This document shows positions 1 through 9,333 of a stretch of 44,468 nucleotides of DNA, piece by piece. Positions within the stretch are counted from its first letter, which is position 1, and every line of letters begins with the position of its first letter. The translations under genes and the position numbers were made by a program. This DNA comes from Candidatus Hadarchaeota archaeon (GTDB taxonomy: Archaea; Hadarchaeota; Hadarchaeia; Hadarchaeales; WYZ-LMO6). The stretch spans positions 1 through 44,468 of the forward strand of contig CAZDZG010000002.1 of NCBI GenBank assembly GCA_964509845.1. Direction: 5' to 3'. Below the pieces are notes generated by a model. The model did no database searches, was not told the DNA's origin, and saw only the letters and a program-made list of their open reading frames with translations.

Positions 1-2
1 TG

Positions 3-362
3 AGGGAAAGGGATCCCGAGGTCTTCTGGAGGTACATGGGAAGGCTCCGGAAGGAGTTCGAGGAGGCCATGCTTTCCCTGGAGGGAGGGGAGCCGCGGGT
101 AGCCCCCTCCCCCGGGGGAGAGCTCTCCAGGTTTGAGGTTTACCAGAGGCTTGGAATCGAGAGTCCCTCGGAGAGAATCAGGCTGGCGAGGATCCTCTCC
201 TTCCTGGCCGGGGTGGATGAGTTCGGGCTGGAGGAGCTGGTGGGAAGAACCATGTTGAGGCCCGAGGAGGCCGAGGGATACCTGGACAGACTGGTGGGGG
301 GAGGGGTGCTGGAAAGGACCCCGGTCGGGACCTACCGGGTGAAGGTGAGATGCAGGCTCTGA
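3..362 (+). CDS. Hypothetical protein with C-terminal winged-helix-like region; probably 5'-truncated by the window edge
   Basis: Frame is open from base 3 (RERDPEVFWRYM...). The C-terminus (GLEELVGRTML..EAEGYLDRLVGGGVLER..GTYRV) looks like a wHTH. Overlaps the next gene's start. Confidence 0.55.
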   Translation, partial: RERDPEVFWRYMGRLRKEFEEAMLSLEGGEPRVAPSPGGELSRFEVYQRLGIESPSERIRLARILSFLAGVDEFGLEELVGRTMLRPEEAEGYLDRLVGGGVLERTPVGTYRVKVRCRL

Positions 363-1276
363 GGTGGCTGGAGGACTTCGGCATAGGGTCCTTCGAGCGC
401 AAGAAGCAGTCCTTCTTCAGGAGGTGGGGGTGGAAGTTCCATCCCTTCGCTCAGACGGATCCCCTGCCCCACCCCAGCCTCATGGTTCCCCACCAGCGGG
501 AGGAGGTCCTGAAGCTGGTGGACCTCATAAGGGAGGGGGATCTGGTGACCTTCGTGGTCTCGGGCCTGGGAATGGGGAAGACCACCCTCTGCAGGTACCT
601 CTCGGAGGTCCTGCCCCTGGAGGACCCCAACCTCCTTACGGTCTTCCTCCCGGCGCAGTCCGTTCAGACTCCGGAGCAGATGCTCAGGGTCCTCCTCAGC
701 AGGCTGGAGATAGAGCCGGGAGGGGACCTGACGGAGGAGTTTGAGAAGTTTTACAGGTGGCATCAGAGCTACCCCAACCTCAAGCTCGTCATCTTCGTGG
801 ACGAGTTCCCCGAGCTGGACGCCAGGGTGGCGGAGATGATAAGGGCCCTGGCCGACCTGAGGAACGTGAGCTGGGTCCTGAACGGCAGGAAGGAACAGAT
901 TTTGGAGTACCTGCGCGAGCACGTTCCCTCCCTGCTGAGCAGGAGGAGGTACATGCTGGAGATGAGGCCCCTCTCGCTGGAGGAGGTACGGGAGCTCCTC
1001 GTCCGGAGGATGGCCTGGGCCAGGGGAAATTCCCCGGCAAGGGGAGATCCCCTCCTCCCCTTCACCCCCTCCAGCCTGAGGAAGATTCATCGCCTTTCGG
1101 GGGGGATTCCCAGGGAGGTCCTAAAGCTGGCCAGCGAGGCCGTTTACGCGGCCGTTGAGAGGGGCGCTTCCAGGATCTCGGCCTCCCTCGTGGGCCCCCG
1201 GGTGGTGGGGATCCGGAGGCCCGGGAGGAAAAGGAGGAAGTCCGGAAGGAGGCGAACCAGGTCCGGCAAAGGATAA
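350..1276 (+). CDS. AAA+ ATPase, ExeA/GspA-like, with Arg/Lys-rich C-terminal tail
   Basis: Walker A SGLGMGKTT, Walker B LVIFVDE, lid motif SGGIPRE. Confidence 0.8.
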   Translation: MQALRWLEDFGIGSFERKKQSFFRRWGWKFHPFAQTDPLPHPSLMVPHQREEVLKLVDLIREGDLVTFVVSGLGMGKTTLCRYLSEVLPLEDPNLLTVFLPAQSVQTPEQMLRVLLSRLEIEPGGDLTEEFEKFYRWHQSYPNLKLVIFVDEFPELDARVAEMIRALADLRNVSWVLNGRKEQILEYLREHVPSLLSRRRYMLEMRPLSLEEVRELLVRRMAWARGNSPARGDPLLPFTPSSLRKIHRLSGGIPREVLKLASEAVYAAVERGASRISASLVGPRVVGIRRPGRKRRKSGRRRTRSGKG

Positions 1277-1301
1277 ACCCCTTTCCTCCCCCCCCTCTTT
1301 G

Positions 1302-1985
1302 ATGCTGCCCAAGTTCGATCTCCACGTCCACACCTTCTACTCCGACGGCTCCTCCTCCGTGGAGTCCGTGCTCGAGGAGGCCCAGCGGAAGAAACTGGAG
1401 GCGGTGGCCATCACGGATCACGGCCCCGGCCTCAGCGTGGGGGCGGAGGCCAGGAAGCTGCTCCAGCTCTTCCAGGAGGTGAAGAGGATGCGGGAGGAGA
1501 CGGGGTTCAGGATTCTGGGAGGGGTGGAGAGCAACATAAGCCCGGAGGGGGGGCTGGATCTGGAGGAGGGGGTGCTGAGGGAGCTGGATCTGGTGGTGGC
1601 GGGGATACACTACCTGCGCGCCAGGGACTGCAGGGTGCAGGCCGAGGAGTACCTGGAGGCGGTGAGGAGGGCCCTGCGCCCCCCTTCCTTCAGGATTCTG
1701 GCTCACCCCCTTTACTACAACAAATCCCTGCTTCCCTGGATTTCCAGGGAGGAGATGGAGGAGTTCGTGGAGGAGCTGGCGAACGCGGAGGTGGCGGTGG
1801 AGCTGAACTCGAAGTACCGGGCTCCGGACAGGGAATTCCTGCAGGAGTGCCTGAGGAGGGGAGTGAAGCTGAGCGTGGGGACGGATGCCCACCACCCCGC
1901 AGAGGTGGGGACGGTGGAATGGCAGCTTACCCTGCTCCGGAGGCTGGGGGCGAGGAGGGAGGATCTGATCCTGGACTTCCTCTGA
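1302..1985 (+). CDS. PHP-domain phosphoesterase
   Basis: Motifs DLHVHT..SDG, AITDH, GVE, ILAHP, GTDAH. Start set at ATG 1302 (the longer ORF overlaps the upstream gene). Confidence 0.88.
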   Translation: MLPKFDLHVHTFYSDGSSSVESVLEEAQRKKLEAVAITDHGPGLSVGAEARKLLQLFQEVKRMREETGFRILGGVESNISPEGGLDLEEGVLRELDLVVAGIHYLRARDCRVQAEEYLEAVRRALRPPSFRILAHPLYYNKSLLPWISREEMEEFVEELANAEVAVELNSKYRAPDREFLQECLRRGVKLSVGTDAHHPAEVGTVEWQLTLLRRLGARREDLILDFL

Positions 1986-2585
1986 TCAGGTCAGCCTGCG
2001 CTCCTCCACCCTCCCCCCCGGCTCAAGCTCGGTGAAGATCTGGGCGGTGAACCTGCTTATCTTCACATCCCTGCGGAGCCAGCAATCGGCCCCGAGCCCC
2101 GCTTTCATGCAGGTCTGGGAGAGGAATTCCTCCGCGTCCCAGTTCCACTCCACCGCCACCTGGGGGAGGAGGAGCCCGGAGAAGCCCCTCCACTCCACCA
2201 TCAGTCCGTCCCTCCCCACCTTCACCTGCTTGGGGTACTCCTTGGGATCCTTGACCTTTATGACCTCGGGAGGGCTGAGCACGCTGACCTCCACGATTAT
2301 CCCTCCCATCTCCTCTAGGGTGACGGGAGGGAACCTGGGATCGGAGGTGGCGGAGGAGATGGCGGCCTTAACCGTGGCCTCGGCCAGCGGGAGGTGGGGG
2401 AAGGGAAAACCTATGCAGCCGCGGAGCTCTCCCCCTTCCAGGAGGGTAACGAAGACCCCCCTTGGCTTCCTGAGCTCCTCGGGCACCTCCTCCTCCAGTA
2501 GCTCCCCCTCCCTCAGGTACTTCTCTATGCCCCTCCTGGCCAGTCTCACCAGCAGGGTTCCCTCCTCCAGGGTCAGGGGCCTCAG
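1986..2585 (-). CDS. AMMECR1-domain protein (AmmeMemoRadiSam protein A family)
   Basis: GVFVTL..GELRGCIG, DPRF, GLLLPQVA, CMKAG. The conserved N-terminus LTLEEG..LVRLAR lies upstream of GTG 2549, suggesting a CTG start at 2585. Confidence 0.9.
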   Translation of the reverse strand: MRPLTLEEGTLLVRLARRGIEKYLREGELLEEEVPEELRKPRGVFVTLLEGGELRGCIGFPFPHLPLAEATVKAAISSATSDPRFPPVTLEEMGGIIVEVSVLSPPEVIKVKDPKEYPKQVKVGRDGLMVEWRGFSGLLLPQVAVEWNWDAEEFLSQTCMKAGLGADCWLRRDVKISRFTAQIFTELEPGGRVEERRLT

Positions 2586-2589
2586 GCTC

Positions 2590-3069
2590 TCATCCCCCGC
2601 TTTCGGAGAGGGTTCTGAGGATGCCCTCCCAGTGCCTCCCCCTCCAATAAACCTTCCCGCACGTCGAGCACCTCCAGAAGGGCCCGCTGCTCCTGGCCAC
2701 CTTGGGGGGAAGGAGGTCCCTCACCTCCGCCACCTCCTTCCTCTCCAGCCTCCCGTTGCACAGGGGACACCTCGACCTCTCCGGATTTATCTCTATCCTC
2801 TCCCGGCATTCCACCGATACCTCCCTGAGCTGGGAGGAGATGGTGATTCCGCGTATAAGGAGGCTCCGGATGCCCTTTCGCAGGGCCTTCCGGTGAAGCT
2901 CCACGTCCCTGGTCAGCAGGATCCTGCCCTCCTCCTTCGCCTTCCCCAGGAGGTGGAGGTCCTCCTCCGGGCTCGGGGCCCTTAGCTCTCCCGCGTAGAC
3001 CACATCGTGGCCCGCCATGCGGAGCCACCTCGTGAGCTTGCCCAGCATCTGGTCGGCCAGGAACTTCAT
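2590..3069 (-). CDS. Mut7-C RNase domain (PIN-like + Zn ribbon, DUF82-type) protein
   Basis: FLADQMLGKL.RWLR..G.D, LLTRD, RCPLCNG...C..CGKVYW.G.HW. Confidence 0.9.
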   Translation of the reverse strand: MKFLADQMLGKLTRWLRMAGHDVVYAGELRAPSPEEDLHLLGKAKEEGRILLTRDVELHRKALRKGIRSLLIRGITISSQLREVSVECRERIEINPERSRCPLCNGRLERKEVAEVRDLLPPKVARSSGPFWRCSTCGKVYWRGRHWEGILRTLSESGG

Positions 3070-3130
3070 CCCCTTCTCTCGGCGGGGAAGGATTTTTCCC
3101 TTCAGTTCGGCGGTTCACGCTTTTGCCTCC

Positions 3131-3137
3131 TTATAAG
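3131..3137 (+). promoter_or_regulatory. Putative TATA box for the GGR-like/TFB transcript
   Basis: TTATAAG in the divergent intergenic region. Confidence 0.45.
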
Positions 3138-3235
3138 TCCCCTCGGGCGGAGAAGAGGTGGGACGCCCGGGATCGGCCGGTGAGGGGATCGCGGATCCCC
3201 CCGTCTGACCCCCCGGGAAGGCTGGCGGGTTGGAG

Positions 3236-4447
3236 ATGGTGGAGCACTACGACGTGGTGGTGGTGGGGGCGGGCCCGGCAGGGTGCTCGGCGGCCCGCAA
3301 GGCGGCGGAGGAGGGAGCCAAGGTTCTGATCGTGGAGCTCCAGCCCCAAGTGGGCGGGCCCACCAAGTCGGCGGTCTGGGTTCCGGACGGCTCCCTGAGG
3401 CCTGGATGGAGGGGAAGCGTGGTCTCAGAGGTGAATTCCCTCCGCCTCCATGCCAGGGGGGAGGACCTCTCCCTGCAGGCCGGGGGGGAGGTGGTGGACA
3501 GGCAGGTTCTGGACAAGCTGCTGGCGGCGGAGGCGGCGGAGGCCGGGGCGGAGCTGTGGTTGGGAAGTCCGGTGAGGGAGCTGGTGTGGGAAGGGGGGAG
3601 GGTGAGGGGGGTGGTGGTGGAGAGCGGCGGGTGGAGGGAGAGGGTGGAGAGCGAGGTGGTGATAGATGCCAGCGGGGGAGGATGGGAGGTCTCCGGGATC
3701 TTCCGCAGGAGCTCCGGGGGATGGAGGAGGGAGGAGATGGTGTTCCTGAGCCAGTACACGGTGGCCAACGCCTCCCCCGGCAGGGAGGTGGAGATATGGT
3801 TCAATTCCTACTTCGCCCCGGGAGGGAAGATCTGGATCCTCCCGCTGGGGGGAAGGTTCGCCCAGTTCGGCATAAGCGGGCTGAGGCTTCACCCCGATGC
3901 CGCCCTGGATGAGTTCTGGGGGGTGGAAAATCCCAAGAAGCTGGAGCGCGCCGTGCCCGTGGCCTCCTCCAGGAATCAGTTCCCCTTCTCGGATCCCCTG
4001 CTGCCCTCCTGCGGTGATGGGGTGATGGCGGTGGGAGGGGCGGCCTCCCAGACCAGGCTCTTTTCCAGCGGCCTGTTTCTGGCGCTGGAGTGCGGGGAGA
4101 TGGCCGGGGAGGCAGCGATCGACGGGATAACGGAGGGGGACACCAGCAGGGAGGGTCTCTCCCCTTACGAGCGAAGGTGGAAGGAGAGGTTCTTGGGGGA
4201 GCTCAGGGCGGAGAGGCTGATTTACCGCTCCCTCTGTTCGGCCTGGGACAGGAAGCTGGGCGAGCTCCTCTCGGCGGTCAGGGAGGATGCGGGGCTCCAG
4301 CGCCTGCTGGTCTCCCTTCTGAGGGAGGAGAGGGTGGGAGAGGTCCTGAGGGAAATGATGGGCAGGAGGGCGGTGAGGGAGGTGCTGGGGGAGGAGGTGG
4401 CCGAACGAGTCCGGGGCCTCCTGAGGGGGGAGGGGGTGGTGGGGTGA
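3236..4447 (+). CDS. Geranylgeranyl reductase family FAD-dependent oxidoreductase
   Basis: DVVVVGAGPAG FAD motif, DR..LDKLLA..A..AGAE, VIDASG, APGG..W..P. Confidence 0.8.
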   Translation: MVEHYDVVVVGAGPAGCSAARKAAEEGAKVLIVELQPQVGGPTKSAVWVPDGSLRPGWRGSVVSEVNSLRLHARGEDLSLQAGGEVVDRQVLDKLLAAEAAEAGAELWLGSPVRELVWEGGRVRGVVVESGGWRERVESEVVIDASGGGWEVSGIFRRSSGGWRREEMVFLSQYTVANASPGREVEIWFNSYFAPGGKIWILPLGGRFAQFGISGLRLHPDAALDEFWGVENPKKLERAVPVASSRNQFPFSDPLLPSCGDGVMAVGGAASQTRLFSSGLFLALECGEMAGEAAIDGITEGDTSREGLSPYERRWKERFLGELRAERLIYRSLCSAWDRKLGELLSAVREDAGLQRLLVSLLREERVGEVLREMMGRRAVREVLGEEVAERVRGLLRGEGVVG

Positions 4448-5307
4448 GGTGTCCCTCCTGCGGGAGTTCCAGGATCTTGGAGGACGGGATGAGGGGGGAG
4501 AGGATCTGCACCTCCTGCGGCCTGGTGGTGATGGAGCGCCTGGTCCATCCCAGCCTTCCCCGCTCGGAGGAGTCACCGGCCTTCTCGGAGCTGGACGAAT
4601 CCCTCCACGATTTGGGCCTGGGCACCACCTTCGGCCTGGGGAGGGACCTTTCCCCGGCCCAGAGAGCCCAGCTCAGAAGGATGCGCCTCCTCCAGCAGCG
4701 CTCCAGGGCCGTGAGGTGGCACGAGAAGAGCCTGAGGGAGGTCCTCCTGCAGGTGGAGAGGATGTGCGAGGACCTGCGTCTTCCCGCCGAGGTGAGGAGG
4801 GAGGTGGCCAGGCTGTACCGCCGGTGCAGGAAGGAGGGATTGACCAGGGGTCAGAAGTCCTGCCTGGTCTCGGCCTCCCTGGTCTTCGCCGTTTGCAGGA
4901 TGAGGGGAATTCCCAGGACGGAGGGGGAGGTGGCCAGGGTCCTGGTGGAGAGGGAAGGAATGGAGAAGGGGGAGGCCCAGCGGGGCCTCAGGAGGGTGAC
5001 GAAGATGCTGATGAGGAGGCTGGGTCTCAGGCTTCCCCCCACCTCCCCCCGCCTGTACGTGGACAGGTTCGCTTCGCAGCTCCAGCTTCCCTCCCAGGTG
5101 GTGAGGAGGGCCCACCAGCTCTGCGGGGAGCTGGGGGAGGAGGGGAGACCGGCCCCCCTGGTGGCGGCGGCCCTCCTCTACAATGCGGCCAGGGAGGAGG
5201 GGATCAGGCTTTCCCTGAGGAGGGTGGCGAGGGAGGTGGGAGTGGGAGTTTCCAGTCTCTGCAGGTTCTCCCTCAGACAGAGGGAAGCCATGAAACGGAA
5301 GGTATGA
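4444..5307 (+). CDS. tfb: Transcription initiation factor IIB (TFB), divergent paralog
   Basis: Zn ribbon CPSCG...CTSCG, LHD.GL.T linker and two cyclin repeats (YVDRFASQL). GTGA overlap with the upstream stop. Confidence 0.85.
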   Translation: MRCPSCGSSRILEDGMRGERICTSCGLVVMERLVHPSLPRSEESPAFSELDESLHDLGLGTTFGLGRDLSPAQRAQLRRMRLLQQRSRAVRWHEKSLREVLLQVERMCEDLRLPAEVRREVARLYRRCRKEGLTRGQKSCLVSASLVFAVCRMRGIPRTEGEVARVLVEREGMEKGEAQRGLRRVTKMLMRRLGLRLPPTSPRLYVDRFASQLQLPSQVVRRAHQLCGELGEEGRPAPLVAAALLYNAAREEGIRLSLRRVAREVGVGVSSLCRFSLRQREAMKRKV

Positions 5308-5830
5308 CGATTCTTCCCCTCCCCTTTCCCACCTCCCTGGTCTTGCCCCTCAGGTGAAGCAGACCGGTCAGAGCGGAGAGGCAGGCATCCAGCTCGTGCC
5401 TCCCTCCTCCCCCCTTCACCTCCCACCCTCTCCTGGCCAGCTGCCTCGCCCACTCCTCACGCCGGGAGGTGCCGAAGAGGATCTTGCCCGAGGTGAGGGG
5501 GTGAACCTCGATCACCCTCGTTCCCCCCTCCCTGAGTCTTCTGGCCAGCGAGATGGCCCTGAGGGTCAGGCAGCGCATTCCGGAGAAGAGGGGCGGAAAG
5601 ACCCTGAAGCCCATTCGGATGAGGGCCAGGTCCGAGGGGCGGAGGGAGCCGTTCCGGGGAAGGGAGAGGGGAGCATCCATGGCTACCAGTCCCACCCTTT
5701 CCCCCTCGCATACCCCCTCCACCTCCGAGTCCTCCCAGACCAGGAAGGTCCTCACGGTCTTCCCCTCCACCAGCGCCACACCGCTGGGATTCTGCGGCTT
5801 CCCTGCCAGGTCCAGACCCATCACCCTCAT
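5273..5830 (-). CDS. DUF429-type RNase H-fold predicted nuclease
   Basis: GLDLAG, MDAPLSLP, IEVHP, HELDA acidic motifs. Confidence 0.8.
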   Translation of the reverse strand: MRVMGLDLAGKPQNPSGVALVEGKTVRTFLVWEDSEVEGVCEGERVGLVAMDAPLSLPRNGSLRPSDLALIRMGFRVFPPLFSGMRCLTLRAISLARRLREGGTRVIEVHPLTSGKILFGTSRREEWARQLARRGWEVKGGGGRHELDACLSALTGLLHLRGKTREVGKGRGRIVIPSVSWLPSV

Positions 5831-7119
5831 GGGCGCCCACCGCTGAGCTCCCTCACCAGGGGCTTTGCCAGGTGTCTCCTGCAGCGGGGCGGGACCTCAA
5901 AGGTCCCCTCCCGCACTTCCCTCTCCACCCGGACGAGCTCGGGTTTCAGGTGGGGGAAGTGGGCCCCGCACCTCTTGCAGGAGTACCCTTTTCCTTTCCC
6001 CTCGGACTTCAGGCTCTTGAGGCAGTGCGGGCACCGGGGGTTCCTCCTTCTGAAGAGGGGGGCGAGCTCCAGGATGGAGAGCTTCTCTAAGTTGATGGTC
6101 CTGGGAATGCCGTTCTCCTCCCTCACCCCTCCGCAGACCCTCACGCGGTCCCCCGGTCTGAGGGCCCTCACCACTCGCCTGAAGCCCCGGGTGGGCTCGT
6201 AGGCGGCGCAGTCCACCCTTCCCGTCTCATCCTCCAGGGTGAAGATCACGTGACCCCCCGGGATGGTTCTGGGTCCAGCCACCACCCTTCCCTCCAGGAT
6301 CACGGAGGTGTAGGGCCTCACCTCCGAGATCCTGCACCTCCTCAGGTGCTCGTCCGTGCCCTGGTTGGTCTTGTAGATGACCACCCGCTCCACCGGCTCC
6401 AGCCTCCTCACCAGCTGGTGGGCCCTCAGCAGGACCTCGGGATCCTCCCCCCTTATTCCGTAAAGGACGGGACAGGGGGTGTGAGGGGTTATCCTGATCT
6501 CCCCGCTTTCCTCGTCCACGTTGTCGAAGGTGCGGGGGCGGGTGAGGAGATCCATCTCGAAGACGGAGGAGGGATCCACCCTCCTAGGCTTTCCCCAGTT
6601 CTCCGGGGTGCGGTAAGCGATGAGCTCGTACGTGCAGTCCCCTTCCAGCGTGTGTCCCACGGCGGCGAGAGCCCCTATGATTCCCCTCCCCTCCTTGAAC
6701 TTGTGGATCTCCGCCCCTATCTCGGCGGCCAGGGCCTCGGCCTCCTCCAGCTCCACCACCTCCTGAACGACCCTCCTGGTGTAGGCCTTCAGCTTCTCCG
6801 GGATCTCCGGGCGGGGATAGAACACCACCCCAGGGTTGGTGCCCTCCGCCTCCAGGTCGGCCAGGGAAAGGACGGTATCCAGCACCGTCTCCTTGACCGC
6901 CTCCACCTCATCCGGCGGTACCCTGAGCGTGAAGGCCACGGCGCAGTTTCCCCTGGTCTTGTGGGGCCACATGGGGTTCAGCCTTATCAGCTTGGGAAAG
7001 CCCTCCACCTTCGCCCCCCTCTCCCTGAGGCGGTCCAGGGCCACCGCTCCCACGTAGGTGGTGCACATCCTCCGCTTGGAGTCCGTGTCGTCTATTCCCA
7101 CGTGCAGGATCTCCATCAT
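5827..7119 (-). CDS. tiaS: tRNA(Ile2) 2-agmatinylcytidine synthetase
   Basis: HVGIDDTDS..MCTTY, LIRLNP..PHKTRGN, TNQGTD, OB fold AYEPT, C-terminal Zn ribbon, RRHLAKP. Confidence 0.95.
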   Translation of the reverse strand: MMEILHVGIDDTDSKRRMCTTYVGAVALDRLRERGAKVEGFPKLIRLNPMWPHKTRGNCAVAFTLRVPPDEVEAVKETVLDTVLSLADLEAEGTNPGVVFYPRPEIPEKLKAYTRRVVQEVVELEEAEALAAEIGAEIHKFKEGRGIIGALAAVGHTLEGDCTYELIAYRTPENWGKPRRVDPSSVFEMDLLTRPRTFDNVDEESGEIRITPHTPCPVLYGIRGEDPEVLLRAHQLVRRLEPVERVVIYKTNQGTDEHLRRCRISEVRPYTSVILEGRVVAGPRTIPGGHVIFTLEDETGRVDCAAYEPTRGFRRVVRALRPGDRVRVCGGVREENGIPRTINLEKLSILELAPLFRRRNPRCPHCLKSLKSEGKGKGYSCKRCGAHFPHLKPELVRVEREVREGTFEVPPRCRRHLAKPLVRELSGGRP

Positions 7120-7188
7120 CCTGGGTAGGTGCCTTCGGTACTTGGGAGTTGTGCACCCAATCCTTAATGGAGGGTTAAGGAAAGGATA

Positions 7189-9024
7189 TTGATCATGGAC
7201 CCGTGGGAGAGGTTCGAGCGGGAGGTGGTGGGGAGCCTGGAGGAGGGACTCCGGTCCCTGGGATGGGAGCCGCCGCGCGGGGTGGGGGAGACCCTCTCCC
7301 AGCCCCCCGATCCCAGCCTGGGGGACCTGAGCTCCACCCTCTGCCTGGAGCTCTCCCGGAGGCTGGGAAGGCCCCCCCAGGAGGTGGCTGAGGAGCTCCT
7401 GGGGAAGGTGAGGGTGGGGGGGCTTGTGGAGAGGGTGGAGGCCGTGAGGGGCTACCTCAACTTCTTCCTCAATCTCCCCTCCTTCTCCGCCCTGACGCTG
7501 GGTGAGATCGAGAGGAAGGGGGAGAGGTACGGAAGGGGGGAGGAGGGGAAAGGGAAGAAGGTGATCATAGAGCACACCAGCGTGAATCCCACGAAGCCCC
7601 TGCACATTGGCCACGGGAGGAACGCGGTCCTGGGGGACGCCATGGCCAGGCTGCTGAGGGAGAGGGGATACAGGGTGGAGGTGCACAACTACATAGACGA
7701 CCTGGGCAGGCAGATGGCGGAGACACTGGTGGCCCTTTCCGAGCTGGGAGGGAAGGCGGAAGGAAAGTTCGACCACTGGCTGGGCAAGCTGTATGCGGAC
7801 TTCCACCGAAGACTGGAGGAAAAGCCTGAGCTGGAGCGGAAGGTACAGGAGGTGCTGCGGGAGCTGGAGAAGGGGGAAGGGGTGGCGGATAGGGCCAGGA
7901 GGGTGGCGGAGAGGTGCGTGAGGGCCAACCTCCGGACCACGGACAGGCTGGGCATTTCCTATGATTTGCTGGTGTGGGAGAGCGACCTGGTCCGCTCAGG
8001 GGTCCTGCAGGAGGCCCTGGAGAAGCTCAAGCGCACCCCCTACTTGGTGAGGGGGGAGGGGGAAAAGGAGGGAACCTGGATCCTCCGGCCCCCCGGGGAA
8101 GAGGAGAAAGTTCTGATAAGGTCGGATGGGACGGCGGTCTACACCGCCAGGGATATCGCCTATCAGCTCTGGAAGTTCGGATGCACGGAGGCCTCCCCCG
8201 GCTTCAGGTTCCACTCCCTGAGGAGGGACGGCACCAGGACCTACACCACCTGCGAGGGGGGAAGGAGGATGAAGAGGTTCGGACATGCCGATGTGGTCAT
8301 CAACGTGGTGGGGGCGGAGCAGAAGTTCCCGCAGCGGGTGGTCTTCACCTCCCTGAGGCTGCTCGGCCTGGAGAGGCAGTTCGAGAACTCCCATCACCTG
8401 GCCTACGAGCACGTGCGCCTTCCGGAGGAGAGGTTCTCTGGGAGGAAGGGAACCTGGATGGGCTTCACCGTGGACGAGGTGCTGGACGAGGCGGTATCCA
8501 GGGTGAGGGAGCTGGTGGAGAGGAGATCGGTGGGGGGAAGGGTGGGGGAGGAGGTGCCGGAGAAGGTGGGGGTGGGGGCGGTGAGGTTCGCCCTCCTCAG
8601 CACCTCCCCCGAGAAGGAGATCATCTTCAGGTGGGAGGAGGTCCTGGATTTCGAGAGGAACAGCGGGCCGGCCATCCAGTACTCCTATGCCAGGGCCTGC
8701 AGCATCCTGAGGAAGGCGGGGCGGCGGCGGATCAGGTCCGTTCCTCCCTCCTTCAAGCTTGGGGAGGAAAGGGAGCTGATCAAGCACCTGGCCCGGTATC
8801 CCAGAACGGTGCGCCTGGCGGGGGAAAGGAGGCAGCCCAACCTGCTGGCGAGATACGCGGCCGAGCTCTCCCTCCTCTTCAACAAGTTCTACGAGGTGGC
8901 GCCGGTACTGGAGGCCGAGACGGAGGAGCTCCGGATCTCCCGCCTCAGGCTGGTGAGGGCCACCAAGCTTGTGATGGGAAGCGCCATGCGCCTGCTCGGG
9001 ATCCCCATCCTGCGGAGGATGTGA
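7189..9024 (+). CDS. argS: Arginine--tRNA ligase (archaeal type)
   Basis: EHTSVNPTKPLHIGH.RN (HIGH), FSGRKG, Y.YARA.SIL, C-terminal RM. Start at TTG 7189 or ATG 7195. Confidence 0.97.
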   Translation: MIMDPWERFEREVVGSLEEGLRSLGWEPPRGVGETLSQPPDPSLGDLSSTLCLELSRRLGRPPQEVAEELLGKVRVGGLVERVEAVRGYLNFFLNLPSFSALTLGEIERKGERYGRGEEGKGKKVIIEHTSVNPTKPLHIGHGRNAVLGDAMARLLRERGYRVEVHNYIDDLGRQMAETLVALSELGGKAEGKFDHWLGKLYADFHRRLEEKPELERKVQEVLRELEKGEGVADRARRVAERCVRANLRTTDRLGISYDLLVWESDLVRSGVLQEALEKLKRTPYLVRGEGEKEGTWILRPPGEEEKVLIRSDGTAVYTARDIAYQLWKFGCTEASPGFRFHSLRRDGTRTYTTCEGGRRMKRFGHADVVINVVGAEQKFPQRVVFTSLRLLGLERQFENSHHLAYEHVRLPEERFSGRKGTWMGFTVDEVLDEAVSRVRELVERRSVGGRVGEEVPEKVGVGAVRFALLSTSPEKEIIFRWEEVLDFERNSGPAIQYSYARACSILRKAGRRRIRSVPPSFKLGEERELIKHLARYPRTVRLAGERRQPNLLARYAAELSLLFNKFYEVAPVLEAETEELRISRLRLVRATKLVMGSAMRLLGIPILRRM

Positions 9025-9093
9025 GGCATAACTTCGGGTCCCCTCTCTCCGTGGGCCCAAGCCTTAAGAAAAGGCCCGGAGGAGGAGGGGGAG

Positions 9094-9318
9094 ATGGGAG
9101 TAAGGATCTGGAGGGAGAAGGTGGAGGGGGAGAGGCTGTTTCTTCCCCCCGCCGTGAGGAGGATCCTGCCGGAGGAGGTGAAGGTGCTGAGTTCCAACCC
9201 GCTGGTGGTGCTTTCTCCCGCCTGGATGGACCTAAGGGAGGTGGAGAGGCACCTCCTCCACATGCTGCTGGAGCTGAGGAAGAGGCTGAACGGAGCCTCC
9301 ACCTACATCACGCACTAG
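9094..9318 (+). CDS. Small hypothetical protein, possibly an AbrB/SpoVT-like DNA-binding fold
   Basis: Strong RBS (GGAGGAGGGGGAG) and own intergenic space. The pattern KV.G.RL.LP..VR..L...V.V resembles swapped-hairpin domains. Confidence 0.5.
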   Translation: MGVRIWREKVEGERLFLPPAVRRILPEEVKVLSSNPLVVLSPAWMDLREVERHLLHMLLELRKRLNGASTYITH

Positions 9319-9333
9319 CCCCTTTGGGGAAGA

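Noticed and set aside
3500-4447. Poly-G and GGA runs as repeats or G-quadruplex elements
   Set aside because: Explained by Gly/Glu/Arg/Val codon bias on the coding strand throughout the window.
5827-7806. 659-aa extended TiaS
   Set aside because: The extension is antisense to argS; homology begins at Met 7119/7116.
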